Source of the DNA: Methanoregula sp.
Lineage (GTDB): Archaea; Halobacteriota; Methanomicrobia; Methanomicrobiales; Methanospirillaceae
Assembly: GCA_039698055.1 (NCBI GenBank)
Contig: JBDKTL010000010.1
Coordinates: 1 to 64,000, forward strand
Length of the DNA stretch: 64,000 bases
Reading direction: 5' to 3'
Positions within the stretch are counted from its first letter, which is position 1. Each line of letters begins with the position of its first letter. Both the position numbers and the translations under genes were made by a program. The notes under the pieces are model-generated. The model was not told where the DNA came from and did not search any database. It saw only the letters and a list, made by a program, of their open reading frames with translations. Of the stretch, positions 41,665 to 50,693 are shown one piece after another.

Positions 41665-42762
41665 ATGGAGAGACAGGATAATGCCGGATTACTGGGAAAA
41701 GTATCAGCCCTGAGGCAGATGATCGCCGGGGAAATTCACACTGAGCGTGAACACCAGCGGGAATTGTGGGGCGGCGGGGCACGCGGCTGGCTCACCCTTT
41801 CCATTCTTGCCGCGTCCATCGTCTTCAACATCATGTTCCTGTTTGAGGATACATGGTATCCCATCTATTTCATCATCGCCAGTTTCTTTATCCTCATGTT
41901 CTATTTCATCACCCTCATCATCCCGTTTGGTATACTCCGGCAAAAAGGGGGATTTTCAAAACCCGAGATCGGTAAACTCTTTGCAAACCTCCAGAACCAG
42001 GGCATCATTAAAAGCGCCGAACGGTTCTCCCGGATATTCTTAAATGCGTTTTTTATCAACTGCCGGCCGCTGTTTGCCGGGTTTGCCCTTCTCTTTGCCA
42101 TCGACATTCTCTTTGTCATGTGGAAGCAATCGGATAACAGCCTGCCCGGGCCTACCGCTACCATCGTCCTTTTCCAGGCCATCACCATCATCGTCTTTTA
42201 TTTTCTTGTCTGGAAATGGCAGCAGTACTCGATGGATTTTTTCTCCGATGTCAAGGATATGCGCCAGCGGCTGATAACCCGTCAAATCCCCGCGTGGATC
42301 GTGACACTGGTGCTCTGGGTCAGCGTGGGGCTTGCGTTTTGCGGGGTTTTTTATTCCATCATCCTGCTTCCCGGGGTCACGGTAAGTTCTGTTATCTCCA
42401 TCTCGAGCCTTGAGCAGCTGAGCAACCGGTTTATCGCCATCGGCCTGATCCTTGTATCCCAGTATTTCATCTTCCGGTATATCCACGGCATCACCAGCAG
42501 GAAAATGATCGCCTCGTTTTCCGAGAGTAAAGCCCGCAGCCTTGCCCGGCAGGAAAACACGGCGGAGAAAATCTGTCGGGCAGAACAGGGCCTTGCACCG
42601 GGTACCGATATTGTCTGCGAGACAACGACGCTACTTTTAGAATCAAAAATTTACCAGATTGAGAAAAAGACCATTGCGGGAGCGTTTCCCGTCTATATCG
42701 TGAACCCGGATTTGTCGGTTGTTCTTGACCCGCAGGCACTGGATTCTATCGTTCCCCGGTAA
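41665..42762 (+). CDS. Uncharacterised multi-TM membrane protein
   Basis: Long ORF with about 6 hydrophobic segments. Confidence 0.75.
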   Translation: MERQDNAGLLGKVSALRQMIAGEIHTEREHQRELWGGGARGWLTLSILAASIVFNIMFLFEDTWYPIYFIIASFFILMFYFITLIIPFGILRQKGGFSKPEIGKLFANLQNQGIIKSAERFSRIFLNAFFINCRPLFAGFALLFAIDILFVMWKQSDNSLPGPTATIVLFQAITIIVFYFLVWKWQQYSMDFFSDVKDMRQRLITRQIPAWIVTLVLWVSVGLAFCGVFYSIILLPGVTVSSVISISSLEQLSNRFIAIGLILVSQYFIFRYIHGITSRKMIASFSESKARSLARQENTAEKICRAEQGLAPGTDIVCETTTLLLESKIYQIEKKTIAGAFPVYIVNPDLSVVLDPQALDSIVPR

Positions 42763-42918
42763 TCCGGCACGGCCATAAGAGGGGACGGGAAAAGTTTTAA
42801 CCGGAATACCGGTTTTAAGGTTTGTCCCGGCGAGACGCAAACCCGCCGGCCACCGTCCTGACCTTTAGCCATATTGTATTTTATTTATACCAAAACAACC
42901 CATTGGAGAGTAGTGCTT

Positions 42919-43809
42919 ATGTCTGAAGAATACAAGATCGCAGATGTCGCGGGGAAAAAAGTCCAGTGGGACCCTGAACAGATGCGTAAAATTCAGGAAC
43001 ACCCCTGTTTTTCTGAAAAAGCCTGTCATACCTTCGGCCGCTGCCATATTCCCGTCGCACCGAAATGCAATATCCAGTGCAATTACTGTATCCGGGATTT
43101 TGACTGCGTGAACGAGAGCCGGCCGGGCGTGACGACCCGTGTCCTGAACCCTGATGAGTCCATGGACATGGTAAAGAAGGTCGTCGAGAAATACAACTAT
43201 ATCAAGGTCGTGGGGATCGCCGGGCCCGGCGAGCCGCTGGCAAACGAAGAAACCTTTGAGACGCTCCGCCGGCTGCACGAACAATACCCGAACGTGATCA
43301 AGTGCATCAGCACCAACGGCCTGCTGCTGCCGGAAAAGATTGACCTGCTGCAGAAATACGATGTGGGCAATATCACCGTCACGCTCAACGCGATTGACCC
43401 GGAGATCGGCGCCAAGATCTACCAGTTCATCGATTACAAGGGCAAGCGGTACACCGGTCTTGAAGGCGCCAAACTCCTGCTCGCCCAGCAGATGAAAGGC
43501 ATCGAGATGGCAGTCGAGCGGCACATGATTGTGAAGATCAACACGGTCTATATCCCGGGCATCAACGAAGACCATATCCCCGCGATTGCAAAGAAAGTCG
43601 GCGAGATGGGCGTGTATACGTTCAACGTGATTCCGCTTATCGCCCAGTACAAATTCGCCAACATTACGCCGCCGACACCGGAGATGAAGCGGAAGATGCA
43701 GGACGAGTGCGGGAAATATGTCAAGCAGATGCGGCACTGCCAGCGCTGCCGTGCTGATGCTATCGGGAAACTCGGCCACGATGTGCAGTCGTGTATGTAC
43801 GAAAAGTGA
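42919..43809 (+). CDS. nifB: Nitrogenase cofactor biosynthesis radical SAM protein NifB (single-domain archaeal form)
   Basis: HPC, CNIQCNYC, ESRPG, AGPGE, TVTLN, CQRCRADA signature motifs. Confidence 0.93.
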   Translation: MSEEYKIADVAGKKVQWDPEQMRKIQEHPCFSEKACHTFGRCHIPVAPKCNIQCNYCIRDFDCVNESRPGVTTRVLNPDESMDMVKKVVEKYNYIKVVGIAGPGEPLANEETFETLRRLHEQYPNVIKCISTNGLLLPEKIDLLQKYDVGNITVTLNAIDPEIGAKIYQFIDYKGKRYTGLEGAKLLLAQQMKGIEMAVERHMIVKINTVYIPGINEDHIPAIAKKVGEMGVYTFNVIPLIAQYKFANITPPTPEMKRKMQDECGKYVKQMRHCQRCRADAIGKLGHDVQSCMYEK

Positions 43810-44092
43810 TAATCTTTTTTTTTTATAAACGATCTGGGCCGTCTCGCTCGATCTCTGCAATTCTGAATTAAGTGTCCATTGATTCTCAATATCTTTACCT
43901 CTAAAGAATGTTAAAACATCGAAATGGTTTGAGGTCTATTTTCAGGTCGCCCGGATATGATAATATTAAAACGTGGATGATGTTTGGTGGAGACAACGAG
44001 CAATTCGCCACACGGGAAAACCTGGAATTCGGCAAGAGACTTGATAAACCGATTATGGGATTTTAATCTCGATAAGTAAAGACACCTGATAA

Positions 44093-44662
44093 TCAATCTT
44101 CGAATTCGGTTAAGGTTCGATCTCTCCTAATTCCATCAAGCTCTTTACGGATGTCGATATAGAGAGGAACCGTATCACGCTCTTTTAATTTCTTAGGGTT
44201 TACAATAGCCTCATGAAAATCAAATTTTTTGTAGAACTCAGTGGCTTCCGGTTTTGCATCAACTGTAATAATCCTGCATCCAATATATTCAGAAAACTGA
44301 ATCCAGATGGCGAAAATCTTCATAAGCATATGCCGACCAATACCTTGCCGTTCATAATCATTGTGGGTAGCCAGTCGTGCGATTTTCAAGGCAGGATAGG
44401 TTGTGTGTGAAAAACCTGGATCTCCATCACCATCAGCAATTTCGATTTTTTTAATGACATCCGTTACCAGTGTGAAATATCCGACAAGTATCCCATCATA
44501 AAAAACAAGCCGTGTTACTGATACTCTCTCTATCTGATCCCGATATGCATTTTCAATTAAAAATCCTTTTAATTCAGAATTTTTACATTTAAACGTATCA
44601 AGAATGGGTAGATGATCTGCAGTAAGAACTAAAAAAGTAAGATCCTCAAAGTTAATGCTCAT
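44093..44662 (-). CDS. GNAT acetyltransferase, probable TA toxin
   Basis: FKC...L..FL, VGYFTL, YPALKIARLA, RQGIG, ITVDA, FYKKFDF. Confidence 0.85.
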   Translation of the reverse strand: MSINFEDLTFLVLTADHLPILDTFKCKNSELKGFLIENAYRDQIERVSVTRLVFYDGILVGYFTLVTDVIKKIEIADGDGDPGFSHTTYPALKIARLATHNDYERQGIGRHMLMKIFAIWIQFSEYIGCRIITVDAKPEATEFYKKFDFHEAIVNPKKLKERDTVPLYIDIRKELDGIRRDRTLTEFED

Positions 44663-44809
44663 TTAAAGTCGTGAGTTTTCAGCTAATTTCGCTGCATCCC
44701 GGATAAGCTGGCGACCTTCATGAGTATACTGTGGATTATCAATGTATTTTTGGAACCGTATGGACTCCTCTCTATCAAGGACAAGTCCCAATTCAATTTG
44801 TTTTGCCAT
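44663..44809 (-). CDS. 48-aa putative antitoxin (MAKQIELGLVLDREESIRFQKYIDNPQYTHEGRQLIRDAAKLAENSRL)
   Basis: Translated by hand; stop abuts the GNAT ATG; GGCGGT RBS; below the ORF track cutoff. Confidence 0.72.
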   Translation of the reverse strand: MAKQIELGLVLDREESIRFQKYIDNPQYTHEGRQLIRDAAKLAENSRL

Positions 44810-45068
44810 GTTTGACCGCCTTCTGCTTATTCTTCTTATGTTACTGTATAACTCGACTTTAGTTTATATATTTGTGTGTGTGTCAACGGCAAGGTTAATT
44901 TTTTACCACGGTTTACAGTCACTACATGGCCGGATGATTATAAACACAAAATCTCCGGATTGTATCAACAATCATGGAGCCCTGGTACGACAGGATCATT
45001 TTCAATGAATCCATCAGCTCCCACTAGAGAACCAGGAAAACCATCCCGGTGCAAAGAAAAAAGATTTT

Positions 45069-45155
45069 TCACGCCTTGATGCTGACCGTTGGATGTTCCA
45101 TCGTTGGAATCGATGTGTTGTCAAGGATGTGGTTCAGCCCGGAAATTGCCGGTTG
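45069..45155 (-). pseudogene. Diverged copy of the 3' end of the lipoprotein gene at 48798-49283
   Basis: QPAISGLNHILDNTSIPTMEHPTVSIKA* vs QPVLSALNHILDNTAIPVTEYPTLNIRT*; 63/87 nt identical by hand, no indels. Confidence 0.85.
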
Positions 45156-45172
45156 ACGCCGTGGGGTGAACG

Positions 45173-45285
45173 TGCAGGACGAGTGCGGGAAATATGTCAG
45201 GCAGATGCGGCACTGCCAGCGCTGCCGTGCCGACGCAATCGGGAAACTCGGCCACGATGTGCAGTCGTGCATGTACGAGAAGTGA
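45173..45285 (+). repeat. 113-bp direct repeat of the nifB 3' end (43697-43809)
   Basis: 107/113 identical by hand alignment; both copies followed by a poly-T tract. Confidence 0.95.
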
Positions 45286-45347
45286 GAATATTTTTTTTTA
45301 ATCGGTTTAACCAAAACGGATTTCTATCACTGGGAACACGCGATAAA

Positions 45348-48300
45348 TCACTCCCCCGCATCCTTCCACCGCCACGCCCCTGTCGGCACCGTAATCTCGA
45401 ACCGTGCCCCTTTACCCGGTTCACCGTTCTCAATAATCGTGATGCCCGTGATGGCGAGAATCTCCCGCGAGAGGAAAAGACCAAGACCCGTATGGTGCCC
45501 GAAGCCCCGGGTGAAAAGTTTCTTTTTGTCCTCGGCGGAAATACCCACACCGTCATCCTCGCAGACAATCAGGAGACTCCCCTCGATCTCCTGGGAAAAA
45601 ACCCGGATCGACTTCATCCCTGCCCCGCCGTAGTTGAGCGCATTGTCGATCAGGTTGTAAAAAACTTTCTCGAAAAGCCGGTCGGCAAAGATCTCCGGGT
45701 TTTTGGGATCGACCTCAACACGGACATCCCGCATCGGCAGCCCCAGCACGGCCTTTTCGATGTTGGCGTTCACGTTCTGCCATTCAGGCGACGCGGTACC
45801 CAGTTCCTGGTAATCCCGCGTGAACGTAATCTGGTGCTCGATGGCATTCGCCACCTGCTCCTCTTTTTCGATATAGCCGGCAAGGATCGCGGGATTGTTA
45901 ATCACCTCGTGCGAGAGGAAGAGATATCCTTTGAGCCCCATCAGCTGGTTGAGGATGTCGTGCCGGGTAATACTTGAGAGAATGTTTAACTGTTTGTTCA
46001 CCTGCCGCAACGCATCCTCCATCCGCTTGCGTTCCGAGATATCCACGTAAGCGCCCAGCACCCCGTTGATCCCGCCTGATGAATTTCGCAGCGGTGTTTT
46101 GCTGGTAAGCAGCCAGATAGTCCTGCCATCGGGAGTTGTCTGCGGTTCCTCGCTGAGTATTTTGGTTTTACCGGTATCTATCACCAGTTGATCGTCGGCC
46201 CGGTATAATTTTGCCTGATCGCGCCACCCCATCTGGTAATCGTCTTTTCCGATCAGTTCCTCCGGTTTATGGAATCCTGCATCCCGGGCAAACGGCTCAT
46301 TACATCCCAGGAATTTAAGGTTGCGATCTTTCCAGAAAACCCGCACCGGGATCGTGTCCAGCACACTCCGGAGGATCTGCTGCGAGTTGTAGAGCGCCTC
46401 TTCCATCCGCTTGCGTTCCGTGATATCCTGGTTGGCACCGTGGGTTTTAACCGTCCTGCCCTCAGCATCTTTGGTAATCCTGAACCGCACGATGATGTGG
46501 CGCACCTCGCCATCCCTGCGGATGATCCGGTGCTCGATCTGCGTCGTATAGTTCGGGTCAGGGGCAGCTATTGCCTTTTGCACTTCATCAAAGACAACGT
46601 TTGCATCATCCGGGTGAACGAATTCCCGTGTATATACTTCTGCCGGCATCTGGTACCCGCCTTCCCGCTCCGCCGTTGTGGCGAACAGGGCATAGAACCG
46701 GTCATTGAACGTGAAGATGCCCGTCAGGACGTCATACTCCCAGTGCGCTATGAGTGCGAGGTTCATTGCGTCGGTGAGCTGGATCTGGCTTGACCTCAGT
46801 GCCTCTTCTGCCCGTTTGCGATCCGTGATGTCCAGCGAGATGTTTGCCATGAACTGCGGTTTTCCGGTGGCAGGGTCGGCAATGGTGAACGTCATGGCAT
46901 GCACGTCAACCGGCTTACCGGTTTTTTGATTTTTATACTGGAGATCGCCGCTCCATGTGCCATGTTCGATAAGTGACGGCATGATTTCGTTCTGGATTTT
47001 CTCTTTGAGATGATCGGAGACATACCGGAAGAAATCCTCACCAATGGCATCTGCCGGCAGGATGCCCAGCATCCGGGCTCCCGCATCGTTGAGGAAAGAA
47101 ATCTTTTTATCAAGGGTTACAATACCGATAAGTTCGCCGGAGTACCGGACGACGGAAGCAAGTTCCTGGAGTTTTGCCTCTGCCCGTTTCAGTTCGGTAA
47201 TGTCCCGTATTGTCCCCTGGAATCCGATAAGATTGCCGTTTTGATCCCTTCGCGCAACGGTGGTAACGAGAGCATGGATAATTGTCCCGTCCTTTTTGCG
47301 CAGGTCAACCGGAAATTCCTTTGAGAATCCCAGTTCCGTAATAATTTTCAGGTGCGCAATCCGGTCATCGGGATGTGCATAGAGATCGGAGATCTTACCC
47401 TGCATCAGTTCTTCCCGGCTCTCGAACCCGAAAAACTCAGCCGCGGAGGTATTGGAATCAATCCAGTGCCCATCTGCCGACGTGATAAAAACACAGTCCT
47501 GCGATGTCGTAAAGAACGCCCGGAATTTCTCTTCACTTTCCAAAAGCGCCTTTTCAGCACGTTTTCGTCCGGTGATGTCCCGGATAAAAACGATAAACTG
47601 CTTTTTTTGCGACTGGAGGACTGCGCTTATTTCAACATCAATCGTCCCGCCGCTTTTTGTACGGTGCCGGGCATCAAACCGGTCGGAACCGGTGGCGAGA
47701 ATTTTCTGCAGGTGCGCCAGAGCGACGGTGTTGTTTTCATCCGCATCCAGTTCGGAAATGGATTTCCCCAGCAGTTCCTCGCGGGAAAACCCGGTCATCC
47801 TGCAGTAATTGTCATTTACTTCGATCAGCCTGCCACTGGCATCGACAAGATGGTAACCGTCCTGCGTGGTCCGGAGAAGGGTTGAGTACCAGTCCGCATA
47901 TTCCCGGGATATCTGCCCGATATTTTCGCGATCGGTGATATCGACCCCGATTGCGATATAACTGCCAACGACACCATCGTCAGGCAAACCCCGGGTATTC
48001 CAGACAATGGTTTTCTTTGTCCCGTCTTTGCTGACAATGGTGGTCTGCATGTTTTCGAGGTAATTGTCCTGTTTTATGATCGCTTTAATCTTTTCGGTGA
48101 TCTCACGCCGGTACATTTTCTCCGGGTAGAGACGTTTCCATATCCCGGTATCGCCGATCACCTCCGTTGCCGGATATCCGCTGATCTTCTCTGCTGCCCG
48201 GTTCCATCCAAGGACCTGCCCGTTGGAATCAAGCACCATCAGCCAGACATTGGCATTGTCGATGATGCTTTTTTCGTATTCGTGGGCAATCCGGTAACTC

Positions 48301-48644
48301 TCTTTCTTTTTTACCAGCCGCTCCGATAGTTCCGCAACCACAAGGCCAATCAGGATGAACATGCCGGTGCGAAGTATCGCCGCCTCGATCTCAATGGTTG
48401 AAGAGTACAAAAAAAACATCGCGAGGGCAAGGTAGAGAATTGCAAGGCCGGTGAAATACGGAATTCCGCGCCGGGAGTAAAAATAGGCGATCAGGATAAT
48501 GGGCAGGTAGTAGAGGTGCATGAAGACGGTGTTTATGCCCAGCAGAAAACAAACGAGCGTGAGTCCTATAGCAGCAATTGTCACAAACGTTATGATGGGG
48601 AGTACAAAAGACTCGGGGATTAAATCATCAGGTGCAGACCGCAT
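45348..48644 (-). CDS. Membrane-anchored multi-PAS sensor histidine kinase
   Basis: N-terminal TMs, repeated PAS/PAC (DITxRKRAE), SITRHDILNQL H-box, NLIDNA, DDGVGI, TGLGLFL. Confidence 0.92.
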   Translation of the reverse strand: MRSAPDDLIPESFVLPIITFVTIAAIGLTLVCFLLGINTVFMHLYYLPIILIAYFYSRRGIPYFTGLAILYLALAMFFLYSSTIEIEAAILRTGMFILIGLVVAELSERLVKKKESYRIAHEYEKSIIDNANVWLMVLDSNGQVLGWNRAAEKISGYPATEVIGDTGIWKRLYPEKMYRREITEKIKAIIKQDNYLENMQTTIVSKDGTKKTIVWNTRGLPDDGVVGSYIAIGVDITDRENIGQISREYADWYSTLLRTTQDGYHLVDASGRLIEVNDNYCRMTGFSREELLGKSISELDADENNTVALAHLQKILATGSDRFDARHRTKSGGTIDVEISAVLQSQKKQFIVFIRDITGRKRAEKALLESEEKFRAFFTTSQDCVFITSADGHWIDSNTSAAEFFGFESREELMQGKISDLYAHPDDRIAHLKIITELGFSKEFPVDLRKKDGTIIHALVTTVARRDQNGNLIGFQGTIRDITELKRAEAKLQELASVVRYSGELIGIVTLDKKISFLNDAGARMLGILPADAIGEDFFRYVSDHLKEKIQNEIMPSLIEHGTWSGDLQYKNQKTGKPVDVHAMTFTIADPATGKPQFMANISLDITDRKRAEEALRSSQIQLTDAMNLALIAHWEYDVLTGIFTFNDRFYALFATTAEREGGYQMPAEVYTREFVHPDDANVVFDEVQKAIAAPDPNYTTQIEHRIIRRDGEVRHIIVRFRITKDAEGRTVKTHGANQDITERKRMEEALYNSQQILRSVLDTIPVRVFWKDRNLKFLGCNEPFARDAGFHKPEELIGKDDYQMGWRDQAKLYRADDQLVIDTGKTKILSEEPQTTPDGRTIWLLTSKTPLRNSSGGINGVLGAYVDISERKRMEDALRQVNKQLNILSSITRHDILNQLMGLKGYLFLSHEVINNPAILAGYIEKEEQVANAIEHQITFTRDYQELGTASPEWQNVNANIEKAVLGLPMRDVRVEVDPKNPEIFADRLFEKVFYNLIDNALNYGGAGMKSIRVFSQEIEGSLLIVCEDDGVGISAEDKKKLFTRGFGHHTGLGLFLSREILAITGITIIENGEPGKGARFEITVPTGAWRWKDAGE

Positions 48645-48797
48645 AACGTATCGCTACTCAACATCTACCGACCGGATAATGTAAGTTGCGGTGCCAAAAT
48701 GTTAGTCATGCGAACATTTTTATAAATTTTGTATTTGCGGGCTGCCCCCACCGTAAAATCAGGAAAACTGTTCCGGGCAAAAAGAGGAAAAAAAATT

Positions 48798-49283
48798 TTA
48801 AGTTCTGATGTTGAGTGTCGGATATTCCGTAACGGGAATCGCAGTATTGTCAAGGATATGGTTCAACGCAGAAAGTACCGGTTGAAGCCCCGGGGGAATT
48901 GCCGTATCTTCCGTCGTAACGGTCTTGCCATGATAACTCACGGAGTACCCGATCAGGTCGGCACTGCCACGCGGTGCCGGGTAATTGGTCTGGAGCCCTG
49001 AGAACTCCGCCTTGTCAAACAATGCGGTTATGCGTGCAAGATCGGTTGCGTTGAGCTCGAGTTCGCTGCTGCCCGATTTGCCTGAGATCACCGCCATCCC
49101 GTTATCGAATACCACCAGCCGTTCGTCAAGGCCCGCGATCCCGCCGGTCCGGTGGTAGTCAACAAAGACTGCCGGCGGCACCGGTTTTGATACTGCGGGT
49201 ATTCTTGTCGTGATACACCCGGCAGACAGGACGATTGCCGCGATAATAAAAAGACACAGGAACATCCATTTTTTTATGATCAT
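48798..49283 (-). CDS. Putative lipoprotein
   Basis: LSAGC lipobox, YHRTGGIAG motif; GGAGGG RBS. Confidence 0.8.
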   Translation of the reverse strand: MIIKKWMFLCLFIIAAIVLSAGCITTRIPAVSKPVPPAVFVDYHRTGGIAGLDERLVVFDNGMAVISGKSGSSELELNATDLARITALFDKAEFSGLQTNYPAPRGSADLIGYSVSYHGKTVTTEDTAIPPGLQPVLSALNHILDNTAIPVTEYPTLNIRT

Positions 49284-49330
49284 CCCTCCGTTTTTTTTAC
49301 GTACTGCCACCCGTATTCCTGCCCGCCGGT

Positions 49331-49660
49331 TCAGATCTGGAGAACGTCAGCCTTTGCAGATTTCCCCGCCACCTTGCGCTCCGGGAGGACATCTTCAAGC
49401 GCCGTTATCAGGGCATCGACCTTTTCGTTGGAGAACGTTGTGCGGAATGCCGCCAGTTCAGCCCGGTTCATGATCATGATACCTTTCTTTTTCATCGGGA
49501 GACCTGCATCCCCGATCGGGTTGATATCGATGGCCAGGGACGCTGCACGGTTTTTTGTTGCGGGAAGCCGGATAATGGAGACGCCCTTTACCGAGGTTTG
49601 TTTGCGTTCCCAGTCCTGGCCTTCTTCAATAAATGTTTTGAGGGTTTCCGTCAATTCCAT
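49331..49660 (-). CDS. Conserved-looking hypothetical protein
   Basis: ORF MELTETLK...GQDWERK...IDINP...KKKGIMI. Confidence 0.7.
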   Translation of the reverse strand: MELTETLKTFIEEGQDWERKQTSVKGVSIIRLPATKNRAASLAIDINPIGDAGLPMKKKGIMIMNRAELAAFRTTFSNEKVDALITALEDVLPERKVAGKSAKADVLQI

Positions 49661-49834
49661 GAACAGAACTATGGATTTATATATTAAAATGCTATTCGTT
49701 CCGGGTTCATCCTCCAACCGGCTGTTGTGGTTTCATCGCCCGGCTCTTGTATTCCCTGAGCGGGATTTTGTCCTGCAAATATATCCTTAAGAGACCCGGT
49801 GACCCAAGCTTAGTTTACCCATAAGGAAAATCCC

Positions 49835-50686
49835 ATGTCCACGCTCGTTCTCCACGCCGACCAGCCCTTTTCCCTTGACCGGACGCTGGGGTGCGGGCAG
49901 GTGTTCCGTTGGGACAAAACGCCGGACGGGTGGTGGTACGGTGTTGTCGGGGGGCGGGTGATCAAATGCCGGCAGGACGGTTCCACGCTGACCTTCACGG
50001 GAGCCCCGGCATCGGTCATCCGGCACTATTTTTCGCTCGACATGGACCTTGATGCAATCACGGCGTCGTTTGACCATGACCCGTTTATCCATGCCGCAAT
50101 CGGACAGTGCCGGGGTTTGCGCCTGATCCGGCAGCCGGCATGGGAGTGCCTGTGCTCCTACATCTGTGCGACCAACTCCAACATTCCCACGATCCGGCGA
50201 CGGATTGCCGCCATCGCAAAGGAGTTTGGCAACGAGATCAGGTTTGAAGGCCGGCAGTACTCCACATTTCCCGAACCGGACAGTATTTCCTGCTGCGGTA
50301 ATGACGATGCCCTCGCGGGCTGCAAACTCGGGTACCGCACCCCGTACATCTTTAAAACGGCCTGCCGGATCGCGGGGATGAAGGACTGGGCACAGACCAT
50401 TACCTCACTCCCCTACGAGGACGCCCGGCGCGAACTGGTGAAATGTGCCGGTATCGGGCCAAAGGCGGCGGACTGCATCCTGCTTTTTGCGTTCCAGAAA
50501 TACGAATCGTTCCCGGTCGATGTCTGGATACGGCGGATCATGCGGGACCACTATATCCCGGCGTTACGCAGCGAGTCTGCCCTCACGGGACGGGAGTACG
50601 ATACCATCCGAAGGTTTGCACGCCGGAAGTTTGGGAACTATTGCGGGTATGCGCAGGAATACCTGTACGCCGCACGGGAAGGATAA
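49835..50686 (+). CDS. 8-oxoguanine DNA glycosylase (Ogg1-like HhH-GPD)
   Basis: TLGCGQVFRW, GIGPKAADC, FPVDVWI, GYAQEYLY. Confidence 0.9.
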   Translation: MSTLVLHADQPFSLDRTLGCGQVFRWDKTPDGWWYGVVGGRVIKCRQDGSTLTFTGAPASVIRHYFSLDMDLDAITASFDHDPFIHAAIGQCRGLRLIRQPAWECLCSYICATNSNIPTIRRRIAAIAKEFGNEIRFEGRQYSTFPEPDSISCCGNDDALAGCKLGYRTPYIFKTACRIAGMKDWAQTITSLPYEDARRELVKCAGIGPKAADCILLFAFQKYESFPVDVWIRRIMRDHYIPALRSESALTGREYDTIRRFARRKFGNYCGYAQEYLYAAREG

Positions 50687-50693
50687 AAAAAGT

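Noticed and set aside
43911-44096. 61-aa ORF coupled to the GNAT stop
   Set aside because: TTG start and no recognisable features; cannot be supported.
45093-45977. 294-aa plus-strand ORF and 81-aa minus-strand ORF across the junction
   Set aside because: They read through the fused gene fragments and the antisense of the kinase; not plausible genes.
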